DNA from: Phycisphaeraceae bacterium
GTDB taxonomy: Bacteria > Planctomycetota > Phycisphaerae > Phycisphaerales > Phycisphaeraceae
DNA: 64,000 bases
NCBI GenBank assembly: GCA_963674705.1
Contig: OY771506.1
Location: forward strand, 2,944,001 to 3,008,000
Direction: 5' to 3'
In this document: positions 40,931-51,035 of the stretch, in pieces
How positions within the stretch are numbered: position 1 is the first letter of the stretch
Layout: the number at the start of each line of letters is the position of its first letter
Notes under the pieces: generated by a model
What the model was told of the DNA's origin: nothing
Seen by the model: the letters and a program-made list of their open reading frames with translations, nothing else
The model's database searches: none
Made by a program: the position numbers and the translations under genes

Positions 40931-41010
40931 TTGCGAACCAATCTCAATATGTTTGACGGGTGCTACACAGACGCTAAGCTGTTAACACTCCAATTGAGAC
41001 TGGGTATCAG
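40931..41010 (+). promoter_or_regulatory. Sigma-70-type promoter bracketed by two Fur-family-like boxes
   Basis: TTGCGA-N5-TCTCAA (40931-40947); TTGACG-16nt-TAAGCT (40953-40980); TTGAGA-N5-TATCAG (40994-41010). Confidence 0.5.
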
Positions 41011-41226
41011 CGTCGGTGCCCAGACGAAACTACGCAACTGTTGGTCAATTTTGATGAATTAGGAGCCAACGGTCATTAAACTTTACTGCTACACGTGATT
41101 GTTACCGGTAATTATTTGTCCCTGCTACCCGCCGGTTCTGACACGATCACCTGCCGCAGTTTTATTTGTTAAACATCACCGAGTTTTCGGAGGTGTTCAG
41201 GGCATGGGGACGAAAGGAGAGGTGAA

Positions 41227-41904
41227 ATGGTATTTGGGAAGGTTATGAACTCAATGTTAGCTTTGACTGCGTCGCTTGTGGCGGTATCTGCTGTGCATGC
41301 TGCCACGGTCCCCTTTACCGAGGACTTCGTTGCGACCAACGAAAACTGGAAAGACAACGCCAGCGCCGACCTGACCTACGTATCCTCCGGCGGCCCGGAC
41401 GGCAGCAGCTATGTCGCCACCGGCTTCAACTTCGCTTCGGCAGCAAGCGGTGACACGCCGGTTCTGTTCCGTGGCTACGACAGCTTCGATTCCAGTTCCG
41501 ACGCGTTCGTCGGCAACTACCTCAGTGAAGGTGTGAACCAGTTCAGCGCTTACGTCTACCACGAAGCTGCCATGCCGCTGACCTTCTTCGCGCGTTTCAG
41601 CAGCTCGGTCAATTATCCCGGCGCGACCGCGCTTCAGTTTGTCCCCGTGATGCCCTACACCTGGACGCAAATCGTTATCGATATCAGCCCGACGAGCCCT
41701 CAGTTTATCTCCTTTGAAGGCACGGACTTCAACGCCGTCTTCAGCGGTATCGGCAACATCCAGATCGGTGTCTCGGTCCCGGATCAGTTGGCCGGCGTTG
41801 ATTCTTCGATCGAGTTCGCATTAGACAAGCCGACGATCACGCCCGAGCCGGCGTCCTTGTCGCTGCTGGCGATGGGTGGCCTGGCGCTGCTGCGTCGTCG
41901 CTGA
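41227..41904 (+). CDS. PEP-CTERM surface protein
   Basis: Signal peptide (VHA-A); C-terminus TPEPASLSLLAMGGLALLRRR. Confidence 0.9.
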   Translation: MVFGKVMNSMLALTASLVAVSAVHAATVPFTEDFVATNENWKDNASADLTYVSSGGPDGSSYVATGFNFASAASGDTPVLFRGYDSFDSSSDAFVGNYLSEGVNQFSAYVYHEAAMPLTFFARFSSSVNYPGATALQFVPVMPYTWTQIVIDISPTSPQFISFEGTDFNAVFSGIGNIQIGVSVPDQLAGVDSSIEFALDKPTITPEPASLSLLAMGGLALLRRR

Positions 41905-41969
41905 GTTATTGTTACGGGCGGGGCCGTTAGAATCGTGTTTTTGTTTTTAAGTGAAAAGGACTCACTCGC

Positions 41970-42998
41970 ATGAAGCCTGATAGCACGAAGCTGGTTGCCG
42001 CGATCGCCTCGGTAGGTTTGTTGTGTATTGCTGCGACGGTAGACGCCGCGTTTGTCGAGCCGGATTCGACCCCCAGTGGTGCGGCCGCGTTCGCCAACTG
42101 GACGCGGGGTGATGCCGGTTCCACGTACCAGGAGTGGCGCGGTACTGCCAATGGCGGTTCGCCCTCCCTGGCCGGCGGCGGTGAAAACTTCACCACGCTC
42201 TACGGCCTCAACCAGCCCGACGATAACTACATCAACCCCAACGGGATCGCCACCGCCCAGTACCTGGACGGGACGCGTAATTCCACAGGCAGGACCTACG
42301 GCTTCCTCATCAGTGGTTCGCAGAACATCTACAGCTTTTTTGCTTCCGCTGACTGGGAACTGTTCGTGCCGGATTACAACCTCGGCAGTGGGGCGACCAC
42401 CACGGTCATCCTCCAGCTCGACGTCTCCGGCAACGAGATCCTCGTCGGTGACAGCACGTTCGGTCATCCGACCGCGCCCAACACCGTCAAGATCGATGGT
42501 TACGACTGGGTCGATCACGTCGAACTCGCCCGCGCGCCAAACTCCGTCGGCGGATTCGATCTTTACGACGTGACGCACTGGTTCCGTTTCGAGTTGCCTG
42601 CCAACATCGATACCCATCTTATCGAGTTCGACTCCTACGATCCGTCGCTGGGGGAATTCGATCCTGAGGGGATCAATTTCGGTCACGTGAGTATGATTGG
42701 GATCTCCGTTGACACGATCGTTGGTGCTTCCAGTATCCCGGGTGATCTGGACCACGACGGTTTCGTCGGCCTGGATGACCTGGATATCGTCCTCAGTAAC
42801 TGGAACCAGAACGTTCCCCCGGCTGATGCTGAGGCCGATCCTTCCGGCGACGGATTCGTCGGCCTGGACGATCTGGACATCGTGCTTGCCAACTGGAATG
42901 CAGGCACGCCCCCAGCTCAGGCGCTGGTTCCCGAGCCGAGCGCTGTGCTGATCTTTGGATTAGCCTGTGGCGCTGCCGGTATGTCACGGCGTCGATGA
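41970..42998 (+). CDS. PEP-CTERM surface protein with dockerin-like duplicated Ca-binding repeat
   Basis: Signal peptide; GDLDHDGFVGLDDLDIVLSNWN-type repeat twice; VPEPS plus TM plus RRR. Confidence 0.9.
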   Translation: MKPDSTKLVAAIASVGLLCIAATVDAAFVEPDSTPSGAAAFANWTRGDAGSTYQEWRGTANGGSPSLAGGGENFTTLYGLNQPDDNYINPNGIATAQYLDGTRNSTGRTYGFLISGSQNIYSFFASADWELFVPDYNLGSGATTTVILQLDVSGNEILVGDSTFGHPTAPNTVKIDGYDWVDHVELARAPNSVGGFDLYDVTHWFRFELPANIDTHLIEFDSYDPSLGEFDPEGINFGHVSMIGISVDTIVGASSIPGDLDHDGFVGLDDLDIVLSNWNQNVPPADAEADPSGDGFVGLDDLDIVLANWNAGTPPAQALVPEPSAVLIFGLACGAAGMSRRR

Positions 42999-43087
42999 TG
43001 CGATAAAATTCCCGGCTGCCCGTTTGACGACGGGTGGCCGGTTTTGCCGAAGTGCACGGAAAAGTTGGCGCGGAAAAATGGATTCGG

Positions 43088-43951
43088 ATGAAGCACAACG
43101 GACTCAATCATCGCCATGCCTTCACGCTCATCGAGCTGCTGGTTGTGATCAGCATCATCGCACTACTGATCGGCATCCTGCTGCCGGCCTTGAGCCATGC
43201 ACGTAAAACCGCCAGGGCCGTGAAGTCCAAGAGCGACCTTCGGCAGTTGATGATTGGGTACACCGCCTACCAGCACGACTACAACGGCCACTTGATGTTC
43301 GGTTACCCGCCGGATTCGCTGTTCGGCGAGCAGTTGACCGTTGAATTTGCCGGCCACGTATTCGTCCCACCGACCAGTCAACGCTACCCCTGGCGCCTGC
43401 TGCCTTACGTCGCCGGTGTGTGGGATATGATGCATAATCATGAAAACCCCCCGGATCTTCCCCTGACTACGGATTCGCCTACGGAAGCCGCCAAGAAAGC
43501 CTATTTATTGAGTGTCTTTCCAACCTACGGGTTGAATGACATCTACTACGGGGGCAACAAAGATTTTGGCGGATTCCAAAAGAATCAATCAAATCAGAAT
43601 GTACCCGTCTATAACGAACACGTCGTTTTTTATATCGACGAAGCACGGCGGCCATCCAGTTCGATCATCATGGGCGAGAGTCAGTTCAACTACGCCACCG
43701 AGCCGCTGCAAGGAGAGTTCCGACTGACCGCGCCCCGGGCAAGCGGCCAGAAGTGGGCAGTCGTCAACGGCGAAATCGAAGCCCAGGTTCAAACAGCGGT
43801 GGGTATGCCCAAGGGCCGATACAGTTCCAACACCCAGATCGCCTTCCTCGACGGCCACGTTGCCGACATGTCCCCCGAAGACCTGCTGGACATGCGATAC
43901 TGGGCGAACAAAGCGACGAGCGAAGACTACGACTTTGTCCTCAAGCCTTAG
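43088..43951 (+). CDS. Prepilin-type N-terminal cleavage/methylation protein (DUF1559 / H-X9-DG type)
   Basis: AFTLIELLVVISIIALLIGILLPAL...AR; SDLRQL; IAFLDGHV. Confidence 0.92.
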   Translation: MKHNGLNHRHAFTLIELLVVISIIALLIGILLPALSHARKTARAVKSKSDLRQLMIGYTAYQHDYNGHLMFGYPPDSLFGEQLTVEFAGHVFVPPTSQRYPWRLLPYVAGVWDMMHNHENPPDLPLTTDSPTEAAKKAYLLSVFPTYGLNDIYYGGNKDFGGFQKNQSNQNVPVYNEHVVFYIDEARRPSSSIIMGESQFNYATEPLQGEFRLTAPRASGQKWAVVNGEIEAQVQTAVGMPKGRYSSNTQIAFLDGHVADMSPEDLLDMRYWANKATSEDYDFVLKP

Positions 43952-43983
43952 TCTTTCCCGTATCCAACATTCGATACTGACGG

Positions 43984-45264
43984 TTAATAATGCCGGATCA
44001 CCGCGCCCGCGGTATGCCCGGCAAAACCCGCGGCAAACACAGCGTGTGTGCTGGTAGGCTTGAGGCTTGAGGCTTGAGGCTTGAGGGGCAGGGGGGTGTC
44101 GATCGGGTTTTCAAGCCAGGGCATTGGCGGCCGTTGCCGTGTTTTGGCGCATAAGCATGCAAGCACCAGTGCCGACAATCCCGCTGCGCCAAGGCCATGG
44201 CCGATCGCACCTTTGCAGGCGTACACATCCGGCATCGGTGCGCCGGTTTGTTTGATCGCTTCGGCGTAAACATTCAACTCCGCTGGATCGTGATCCAATG
44301 TCCCCGGCGCGTGCGGGTGGATCATGTCCACTTCTCTATCATTGAGCAATTGTCCTGTGATCCAGCGCAGTGCGGGCATATCGCTGCTGGGGCGGATCAG
44401 GTCGTACGCTTCGGCGGCGGTCGCTGTATCCAATAGTTCGCATTCACCGGGCATCGGTTCGTTTTCGATCGGCACGCGCTTGAGCACAACCGCAGCACCA
44501 CATTCACTTAACACGAAACCTTGCCGCGTTTCATCCATAGGTAATTCGCCGTAACCATCAGGCGTCTGCGGCGCAAGCACACCGAGGCGTCGGTAGCTGT
44601 GGATGAATAACGGCAGCAGGGAGGCTTCGCTGGTGGCGACGATGATGTAGTCGTTACTTCGGGTATCGGGTATCGGGTGTCGGGTATCGGAAGAACTGTA
44701 AGGCCGAGTAAGTAATTCAGTAAAGCCATAGTGCAGCGCGATCAGGCTGGAAGCGCAGGCGGCGACGTGGTGGTGCACCCGATTCAATCCCAAACGTTTT
44801 GTTAGATGATGGTTCAGATAGCCATGCGGGCCCAGTGCGACGGCGAGGTGTGCATCGATCGGCGGCGGGGGGCTGAGCGTCGGATGCCTCGCCCCCGGGT
44901 GCTGCGATTCATACGCGGCGCTCATCGCATGCACCGCCCCCTTGCTCGTTCCCACATAAGCATCCAGCCCGGCCGACTCGATCCCCGCCATCATCAACGC
45001 CTCACGCGCTGCCCGTTCCGCCAGATCGATGGCCGGGTCCGTCGCGGTGTGTTGAGCGTTGATCACCGCACCGGTCGCCCTCAGCAGATCGGTCACCGCG
45101 ATATCGCTGGGCAATTTTCGGGCTCGTTCGGCAAGTGTTCGGCCCTTCAATAGTGACGTAAATGTTTGCCAGGCCGAGCCTCCCAGGGGTGTAACGAGGC
45201 CAAAACCCGCGATCAGGACACGGAAACGCCGTTTTTTCGGATTAGGTTTTTTGTCGCTCTTCAT
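43984..45264 (-). CDS. Divergent beta-ketoacyl synthase (FabF-like)
   Basis: IAGFGLVTPLG, AACASS (catalytic Cys), GFVLSE, HAPGT, KGAIGH, GFAG. Confidence 0.83.
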   Translation of the reverse strand: MKSDKKPNPKKRRFRVLIAGFGLVTPLGGSAWQTFTSLLKGRTLAERARKLPSDIAVTDLLRATGAVINAQHTATDPAIDLAERAAREALMMAGIESAGLDAYVGTSKGAVHAMSAAYESQHPGARHPTLSPPPPIDAHLAVALGPHGYLNHHLTKRLGLNRVHHHVAACASSLIALHYGFTELLTRPYSSSDTRHPIPDTRSNDYIIVATSEASLLPLFIHSYRRLGVLAPQTPDGYGELPMDETRQGFVLSECGAAVVLKRVPIENEPMPGECELLDTATAAEAYDLIRPSSDMPALRWITGQLLNDREVDMIHPHAPGTLDHDPAELNVYAEAIKQTGAPMPDVYACKGAIGHGLGAAGLSALVLACLCAKTRQRPPMPWLENPIDTPLPLKPQASSLKPTSTHAVFAAGFAGHTAGAVIRHY

Positions 45265-45336
45265 CTGGGTAGGAAGTTATAGCCAATCCGGCCGGGTTAC
45301 GCGGCCTCAGCCCCCGGCTTGGGGGGTGGAAAATCT

Positions 45337-45366
45337 TTGCCCGACACCCCTGCTACGGCCTATAAT
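45337..45366 (+). promoter_or_regulatory. Sigma-70-type promoter upstream of the IOR gene
   Basis: TTGCCC-18nt-TATAAT. Confidence 0.55.
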
Positions 45367-45549
45367 GCCCGCCAATACGACCATGACCCAGAGGGCGGCG
45401 TTGGCACTTGAGATGCGTAACGCGGTACGGGCCCGGCTCGGTGTCAGTTACGGTCGAGCCCAGGATGGGCGATTCGAGCTAGGAGGCTATATGTTCGACC
45501 ACCGCGACCCGTTTCAAGAAGTCAACCCGTACCGGAAGCTGATGCTTTC

Positions 45550-48500
45550 ATGAGACCCATTGATCCACGCTTCACGCAGAAGGCAGGCCCCGCCGTCTTC
45601 AGCGGGAATGAACTGCTGGTTAAAGGCGCGCTAGAAACCGAGGGCGGCGTACACTTATTGACCGGCTATCCGGGCTCCCCCATCGCGCCGTTCTTCGATA
45701 CGTTGCAGGCGCTGGGGCCGCTGTTGCATGAGCACGGCATCGTCGCAAAACAGTCCAGCAACGAGGCGTTATCCGTTGCGATGGTGAACGGCGCCCAGAT
45801 GGTCGGATGCCGCGCGATCACCGCTTTCAAAAGTGTGGGCCTGCACGTCGCTTCCGATGCGCTCGCGCTCGGCGTCCTCGCCGGGACACGCGGCGACTCC
45901 GGCGGCCTGATCGTCATGGGCGATGACCCGTGGTCCGATTCCACGCAGGTCCCCGCCGACTCGCGCTTCCTCGCTGAACACGTTCGCCTGCCCGTGATCG
46001 AGCCGTCCACGCCCCAGCAGGTCAAGGACTGGATCAATCTCGGATTCAAACTCGGCCACGCCGGCGGGATCTACATCGGTTACATGCTCACGGTCGCCAA
46101 CGCCGACGGCGGCGGCACCGTCGAGTGCTACCCGAATCACTTCCCCAAGGTTAACGAACATCAGAAGGCGGCCCTGAGCTACGAGAAAGATATCGAGCCG
46201 ATGCTCGAGCAATCCGTGCTCCTGCCCCCACGAACCTGGCAACGCGAAATTGCACTGCCCACGCAGTTCGAAAAGCTCAAGACCGAAGCTCGCAAGCTCG
46301 GGATCAACCGCATCCAGGACAAGCCGCAGAAGGGCCTGGTTGCGCCGCTCGGTTTCGTCGCCGCAGGCACAGCCGCGTCTTATCTCGACCATGCGCTTGA
46401 AGAGATCGGCCTGACCGGACGCTTCCCGATCCTCAAGCTCGGGATGACCTACCCGGTCGATCAGGTGATCGTCACCGAGTTTGCCCAGCAGTGCCAGCAG
46501 ATCGTCATCGTCGAGGAACGCCGCAGTTTCGTCGAACGACAGATCGTCGAAATCCTCAACCCGATGCGCCAGTCCGGCGAACTGAAAACCGAGATCTTCG
46601 GCAAGAAGTTCCCGCGCGAATTGCCCGGCATCCCCGAATCGCGCGGCCTGAATCCATCGGTCCTGATTCAGCGATTGATCCCGCTGATCAAGGAGCACGC
46701 CACCCTCCCGATCGAGCTGACCAACGGCCACCTGACCGAACACCTGGAACTGATCCAGGGCACCGGCGACTACCAGATCGATATCCCGCTGCGCACGCCG
46801 ACGTTCTGCCCCGGCTGTCCGCACCGCGATTCGTCGAACGTCCTGCTCGAAATCCGCCGTGACCTGCTCGACGCCAATTACATGCTCGAGCATCACAAGC
46901 GCAAGCCCGTCGACATGATCGCGCACGGCGACACCGGCTGCTACACCATGCTCATGTTCGAGCCCAACAAGCCGCTCATGCACAACTACTCCGGCATGGG
47001 CCTCGGCGGCGGGACCGGCGCGGGTGTCGACCCCTTCGTCGAAAACAAGCAGATCGTCTTCATGGGTGACGGCACCTTCCACCACTCCGGGCAGGTCGCC
47101 ATCAGCCAGTCGATCTACAACGGCCAGGACATCACCTACATCATCCTGGATAACAAGACCACCGCGATGACCGGCCACCAGGGCCACTCCGGCGTCGAGT
47201 TCGACCTCACCGGCAACCCGATGAACGCGCTGGATATCGAACGCATCGTCATCGGCCTCGTGCCCAAGAAGATCAAGAAAGACGTGCGCATCGTGCGGAT
47301 CAACCCCGCCGATCGCGATCGCTACCGCAAGCTCATGGAGCAGACGATCCTCGCCGACGGCGTGAAGATCGTCATCGCCGACAAGGAATGCGGCATCACC
47401 TACAACCGCCGCGTCAAGTCCGGTGAACGCGCCCAGCTCAAGCAGCACGGCTACCTGCCCAAGAAGTCGCACATGAACGTCGCGACCGAGGTCTGCGAGT
47501 TCTGTCTTGAATGCACCAACCAGACCGGCTGCCCGGGCCTGAAGATGGTCGGCTCGGATTACGGGCCCAAGGTCCAGACCGACATGTCATGGTGCGTCAA
47601 CGACGGCGCATGTGAACGTATCCACGCCTGCCCGAGTTTTGAAGAAGTCACCATCACGCGCAAGCAGCCCAAGCGCATGGGTGATGAATACGTCGAACTC
47701 GGCGACCTGCCTGAACCCGAGCGACCGATCCATGCAGACCAGCCGACGTGGCGCGTCCACCTCGGCGGTGTTGGTGGTATGGGTATCGGCGTCGCGACCG
47801 CGATCCTCGTCAAGGCCGGACACGAGATGGGCTACCACGTCCGCTACCTCGACAAGAAGGGCCTTGCCATCCGTAACGGCGGCGTCTTCTCGCAGCTCAT
47901 CTATTCCCGCCCGCAAGCCAACGGCGAGCCCATGCCGATCACGCCGCAGATCCCCTACGGCACAGCCGACCTGCTCGTCGGTATCGACATGCTCGAAGCC
48001 GCACGCTCGATCGATCCGCGATTGCCTTACCGCGTCGCGTCACCCAAGCGCACCGCCGCTGTGGTCAATACCGCCAAGACGCCGACCATCCTTTCCTTGA
48101 TGGGTCGGGACGACTTCGACATCAACGACGTGCAGAACGCGATCAAGAAGTACACCGATGAAGAAAAGTTCTTCGGCTTCAACGTCGGCGATCTCTGCGA
48201 ACGCATCCTCGACACCAAGCTATACGCCAACATCATGATGCTCGGCATCGCCTTCCAGAAGGGGTACCTGCCCCTGACCCGCGAAGCCATCGAGCACGCG
48301 ATCATCGAAGTGACCCGTGGCGAAAAAGAACGCAACCTCCGTGCGTTCACCATCGGCAGAAAGATCGCCGTCCGCCCCGACCTCTTCGTCGTCGAGGCGC
48401 AGCACGAATACGAAACCGCACGCCAGGCGCTCCGCCGCAAGACCAACACGCTCGAAGCGTGGTACGGCAGCGAATGGGTCGGCCGGATCATCGACCGCAA

Positions 48501-49269
48501 CAAGGGCGAGCGCGTCGCCAAGCAGTTCCGCGTCCTCATGCGTCAGACCTTCCGGGCAACCCGCGGCATTCATGTCGACGATGAGCTGATGCGCGACGTC
48601 ATCATCCGCGCGTTCGACTGCTTCCTGTGGGGCGGTATCGAATACGCACGCACGTACTGCAACAAACTCGTCGAGGTTTTCCAGAAGGATGATCCCGAGA
48701 AGGGCTTCAAAGTCACGCGGGCCGTCGTCTGGAACCTCGCCAAGGTCATGCTCATCAAGGACGAGGTCTACGTCGCTTCGCTCTTAACGAGCCCCGAAAA
48801 ATACCGCCGCGATCGCAAACGCTACAACGTCATCCCCGAGCGTGGCGACAAGATCACCTACCGCCACCACAACCGCCCCGAGTTCGATATCTTCGGCAGG
48901 CGCGTCCGCTTCGAGTGGAAGAGCACCGACTGGCAGCTGCGCATCATGTCCAGTTGCGCCTTCCTGCGAAAGATCCTGCCCGGCTGGCACGAACGCGAAC
49001 GCAACTTCCGCGACTGGTATATGCAGCTCGTCGATACGATCGAATTCCAGGGCGACAACGACTATGCACGCTGGGCCGCGATCCTATCGACCCCGCAAAA
49101 CGTCACCGGCTACCGCGAAGTCCGCTACCCCAAACAGGACGCCGCCCGCAAACTCTCCGAACGCCTGCTCGCCATGGACCCGGAAGAATTCAAGGCCGCT
49201 GCCCCCGTCGTGCCGGACCTGGAGCCGGTGATCGTCAAGCTTCCGGTCGTGCAGCACAGCTCGATTTGA
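45550..49269 (+). CDS. Fused indolepyruvate/2-oxoacid:ferredoxin oxidoreductase family protein
   Basis: GYPGSP, RTPTFCPGCPH, GDGTFHHSG...DNKTTAMTG, Fe-S Cys motifs, GVGGMG, C-terminal IKDEVYVA (DUF6537-like). Confidence 0.9.
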   Translation: MRPIDPRFTQKAGPAVFSGNELLVKGALETEGGVHLLTGYPGSPIAPFFDTLQALGPLLHEHGIVAKQSSNEALSVAMVNGAQMVGCRAITAFKSVGLHVASDALALGVLAGTRGDSGGLIVMGDDPWSDSTQVPADSRFLAEHVRLPVIEPSTPQQVKDWINLGFKLGHAGGIYIGYMLTVANADGGGTVECYPNHFPKVNEHQKAALSYEKDIEPMLEQSVLLPPRTWQREIALPTQFEKLKTEARKLGINRIQDKPQKGLVAPLGFVAAGTAASYLDHALEEIGLTGRFPILKLGMTYPVDQVIVTEFAQQCQQIVIVEERRSFVERQIVEILNPMRQSGELKTEIFGKKFPRELPGIPESRGLNPSVLIQRLIPLIKEHATLPIELTNGHLTEHLELIQGTGDYQIDIPLRTPTFCPGCPHRDSSNVLLEIRRDLLDANYMLEHHKRKPVDMIAHGDTGCYTMLMFEPNKPLMHNYSGMGLGGGTGAGVDPFVENKQIVFMGDGTFHHSGQVAISQSIYNGQDITYIILDNKTTAMTGHQGHSGVEFDLTGNPMNALDIERIVIGLVPKKIKKDVRIVRINPADRDRYRKLMEQTILADGVKIVIADKECGITYNRRVKSGERAQLKQHGYLPKKSHMNVATEVCEFCLECTNQTGCPGLKMVGSDYGPKVQTDMSWCVNDGACERIHACPSFEEVTITRKQPKRMGDEYVELGDLPEPERPIHADQPTWRVHLGGVGGMGIGVATAILVKAGHEMGYHVRYLDKKGLAIRNGGVFSQLIYSRPQANGEPMPITPQIPYGTADLLVGIDMLEAARSIDPRLPYRVASPKRTAAVVNTAKTPTILSLMGRDDFDINDVQNAIKKYTDEEKFFGFNVGDLCERILDTKLYANIMMLGIAFQKGYLPLTREAIEHAIIEVTRGEKERNLRAFTIGRKIAVRPDLFVVEAQHEYETARQALRRKTNTLEAWYGSEWVGRIIDRNKGERVAKQFRVLMRQTFRATRGIHVDDELMRDVIIRAFDCFLWGGIEYARTYCNKLVEVFQKDDPEKGFKVTRAVVWNLAKVMLIKDEVYVASLLTSPEKYRRDRKRYNVIPERGDKITYRHHNRPEFDIFGRRVRFEWKSTDWQLRIMSSCAFLRKILPGWHERERNFRDWYMQLVDTIEFQGDNDYARWAAILSTPQNVTGYREVRYPKQDAARKLSERLLAMDPEEFKAAAPVVPDLEPVIVKLPVVQHSSI

Positions 49270-49349
49270 TGTTCAATGTTCGATGTGCAATGTTCAATCT
49301 GATGTCGATGCGCACGCCTTTTTTACACTGAACATCGAACATTGAACAT
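49269..49349. repeat. Inverted pair of 7-mer (ATGTTCR) tracts between convergent genes
   Basis: 49269-49289 matches the reverse complement of 49329-49349 at 20/21 positions. Confidence 0.85.
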
Positions 49350-49354
49350 GTAAA

Positions 49355-50782
49355 TCACGCCGCTTTGCTTCCGCCCGCGCACACATGCGCCAGCTTGTTC
49401 AAGCCGTTGTACGCCGCGACCTTGTACGCCTCGGTAAGCGTCGGGAAGTTGAAGACCGTATCAACAAAGAACTCGGCCGTTCCATCCAATGCCATCACCG
49501 TCTGGCCGATGTGGATCAGCTCCGTCGCGCCCGTTCCGATCGCGTGAACGCCGAGGATCTTCTTCGTGTCCTGGTGGATCAGCAGCTTGAGCATGCCGGT
49601 GTCGTCACCAAGCAAACGTCCGCGTGCGATTTCCTTGTAATGCGCGATACCAGCTTCGTAAGGGATCGCTTCTTCCGTGAGTTGTTCTTCGGTCTTGCCG
49701 ACCATCGAGATCTCCGGCACCGAGTAGATGCCGAAAGGAAATAGCTGGTTGAACCCTTCAATATTCACACCGAACGCGTGACACATCGCCCGCCGTCCCT
49801 GTTCCATGCTCGTGCTGGCAAGCGAGGGGAAACCGATCACATCACCCGCCGCGTACACATGCTCCGCCGATGTCTGGTAGTTTTCGTTGACATGCAGCCG
49901 GCCGCGATCGTCGTATTCAACACCGACATTTTCTAACGCCAGCTCGCCACACACACCCTGTCGGCCAACCGAGTAGAGCAGCGTCTGGGCGCGTAGCCGT
50001 TTGCCGGACTCGAGCGTCGCCTGCACCTGCGAGCCGTCAGCTTCATCGCCGTTCAGTGTTTCGATGCCTTCGACCTTCTCGCCCATGCGCAGCGTGATCC
50101 CGTTGTTACGCATGAAGTACTGGAACGCCTCCGCGATTTCCTGGTCCAGGAAACCCAGAACACTGTGCCGGCCCTCCACCAGCGTCACACGCACACCCAG
50201 CGTCGCCATGATGCACGCATACTCACAGCCGATCACGCCGCCGCCCACCACGATCATCGACTTCGGCAGCTTCTCAAGCTTCAACAACTGGTCCGAACAC
50301 AACACCGTCGAACCATTAAAAGGCACATGCTCCGGCCGCGCCGGCCGCGTCCCCACGCCCAACATGAACTTGTCGGCCGTGAGCATCTCCGTCTCATCTT
50401 CACGCTCAACCTGCAAAAGGTTAGGCCCTTCAAAGTGCGCCGCGCCCCAGATAAGATCGATCCCGTTGCGGTCAAACTGATCGCGTATCGTCTCCCACTC
50501 ATGCCTGATCACCTGCTGGCTGATCGACACAAGGTCCGCGATCGTGATGTCTTTCTTTACCCGGTACGACTGGCCTAACAGCCCGCGCTTCGATGCGCCT
50601 GTCAGGTGCAGCGCCGCTTCACGCAGCGCTTTAGAAGGGATGGTCCCGGTATTGATCTGCGCGCCGCCGAGCACCTGGTTGCGCTCGATGATCGCCACAC
50701 GCTTACCGAGCTTCGCCGCCTGGATCGCCGCCTTCTGCCCGGCAGGCCCCGTCCCGATCACAACACAATCGTAATGCTTCAT
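49355..50782 (-). CDS. sthA: Soluble pyridine nucleotide transhydrogenase
   Basis: VIGTGPAGQKAA, GTIPSKALRE without a redox disulfide, IGFPSLASTSMEQGR, FNFPTLTEAYKVAA. Confidence 0.92.
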   Translation of the reverse strand: MKHYDCVVIGTGPAGQKAAIQAAKLGKRVAIIERNQVLGGAQINTGTIPSKALREAALHLTGASKRGLLGQSYRVKKDITIADLVSISQQVIRHEWETIRDQFDRNGIDLIWGAAHFEGPNLLQVEREDETEMLTADKFMLGVGTRPARPEHVPFNGSTVLCSDQLLKLEKLPKSMIVVGGGVIGCEYACIMATLGVRVTLVEGRHSVLGFLDQEIAEAFQYFMRNNGITLRMGEKVEGIETLNGDEADGSQVQATLESGKRLRAQTLLYSVGRQGVCGELALENVGVEYDDRGRLHVNENYQTSAEHVYAAGDVIGFPSLASTSMEQGRRAMCHAFGVNIEGFNQLFPFGIYSVPEISMVGKTEEQLTEEAIPYEAGIAHYKEIARGRLLGDDTGMLKLLIHQDTKKILGVHAIGTGATELIHIGQTVMALDGTAEFFVDTVFNFPTLTEAYKVAAYNGLNKLAHVCAGGSKAA

Positions 50783-51035
50783 GCCGCCCTCGATTCATCC
50801 CTGGATTAACCCGCCCTGCAAGATGGCGCAACAACATCCATAACACTTGCAGTCTCATGTGCTGTATCGGTAAGTGGGACAGGACGGCTTAGTGCGTCGA
50901 TGGCCGATAACAACGGGTGGCGTAATCAAAGCAGAGAGCCATACGTGAAAACCAAGAGTTACTTTTTTCTTTGAATTCCTGCCTGGTAAATGGTAGCCTG
51001 ACACTATCAACCGGGCGGATAAAAGGAGCCGGGAA

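Noticed and set aside
40781..41062. 93-aa ORF upstream of the PEP-CTERM cluster
   Set aside because: It overlaps the predicted promoter and operator boxes and has no RBS or coding-like composition.
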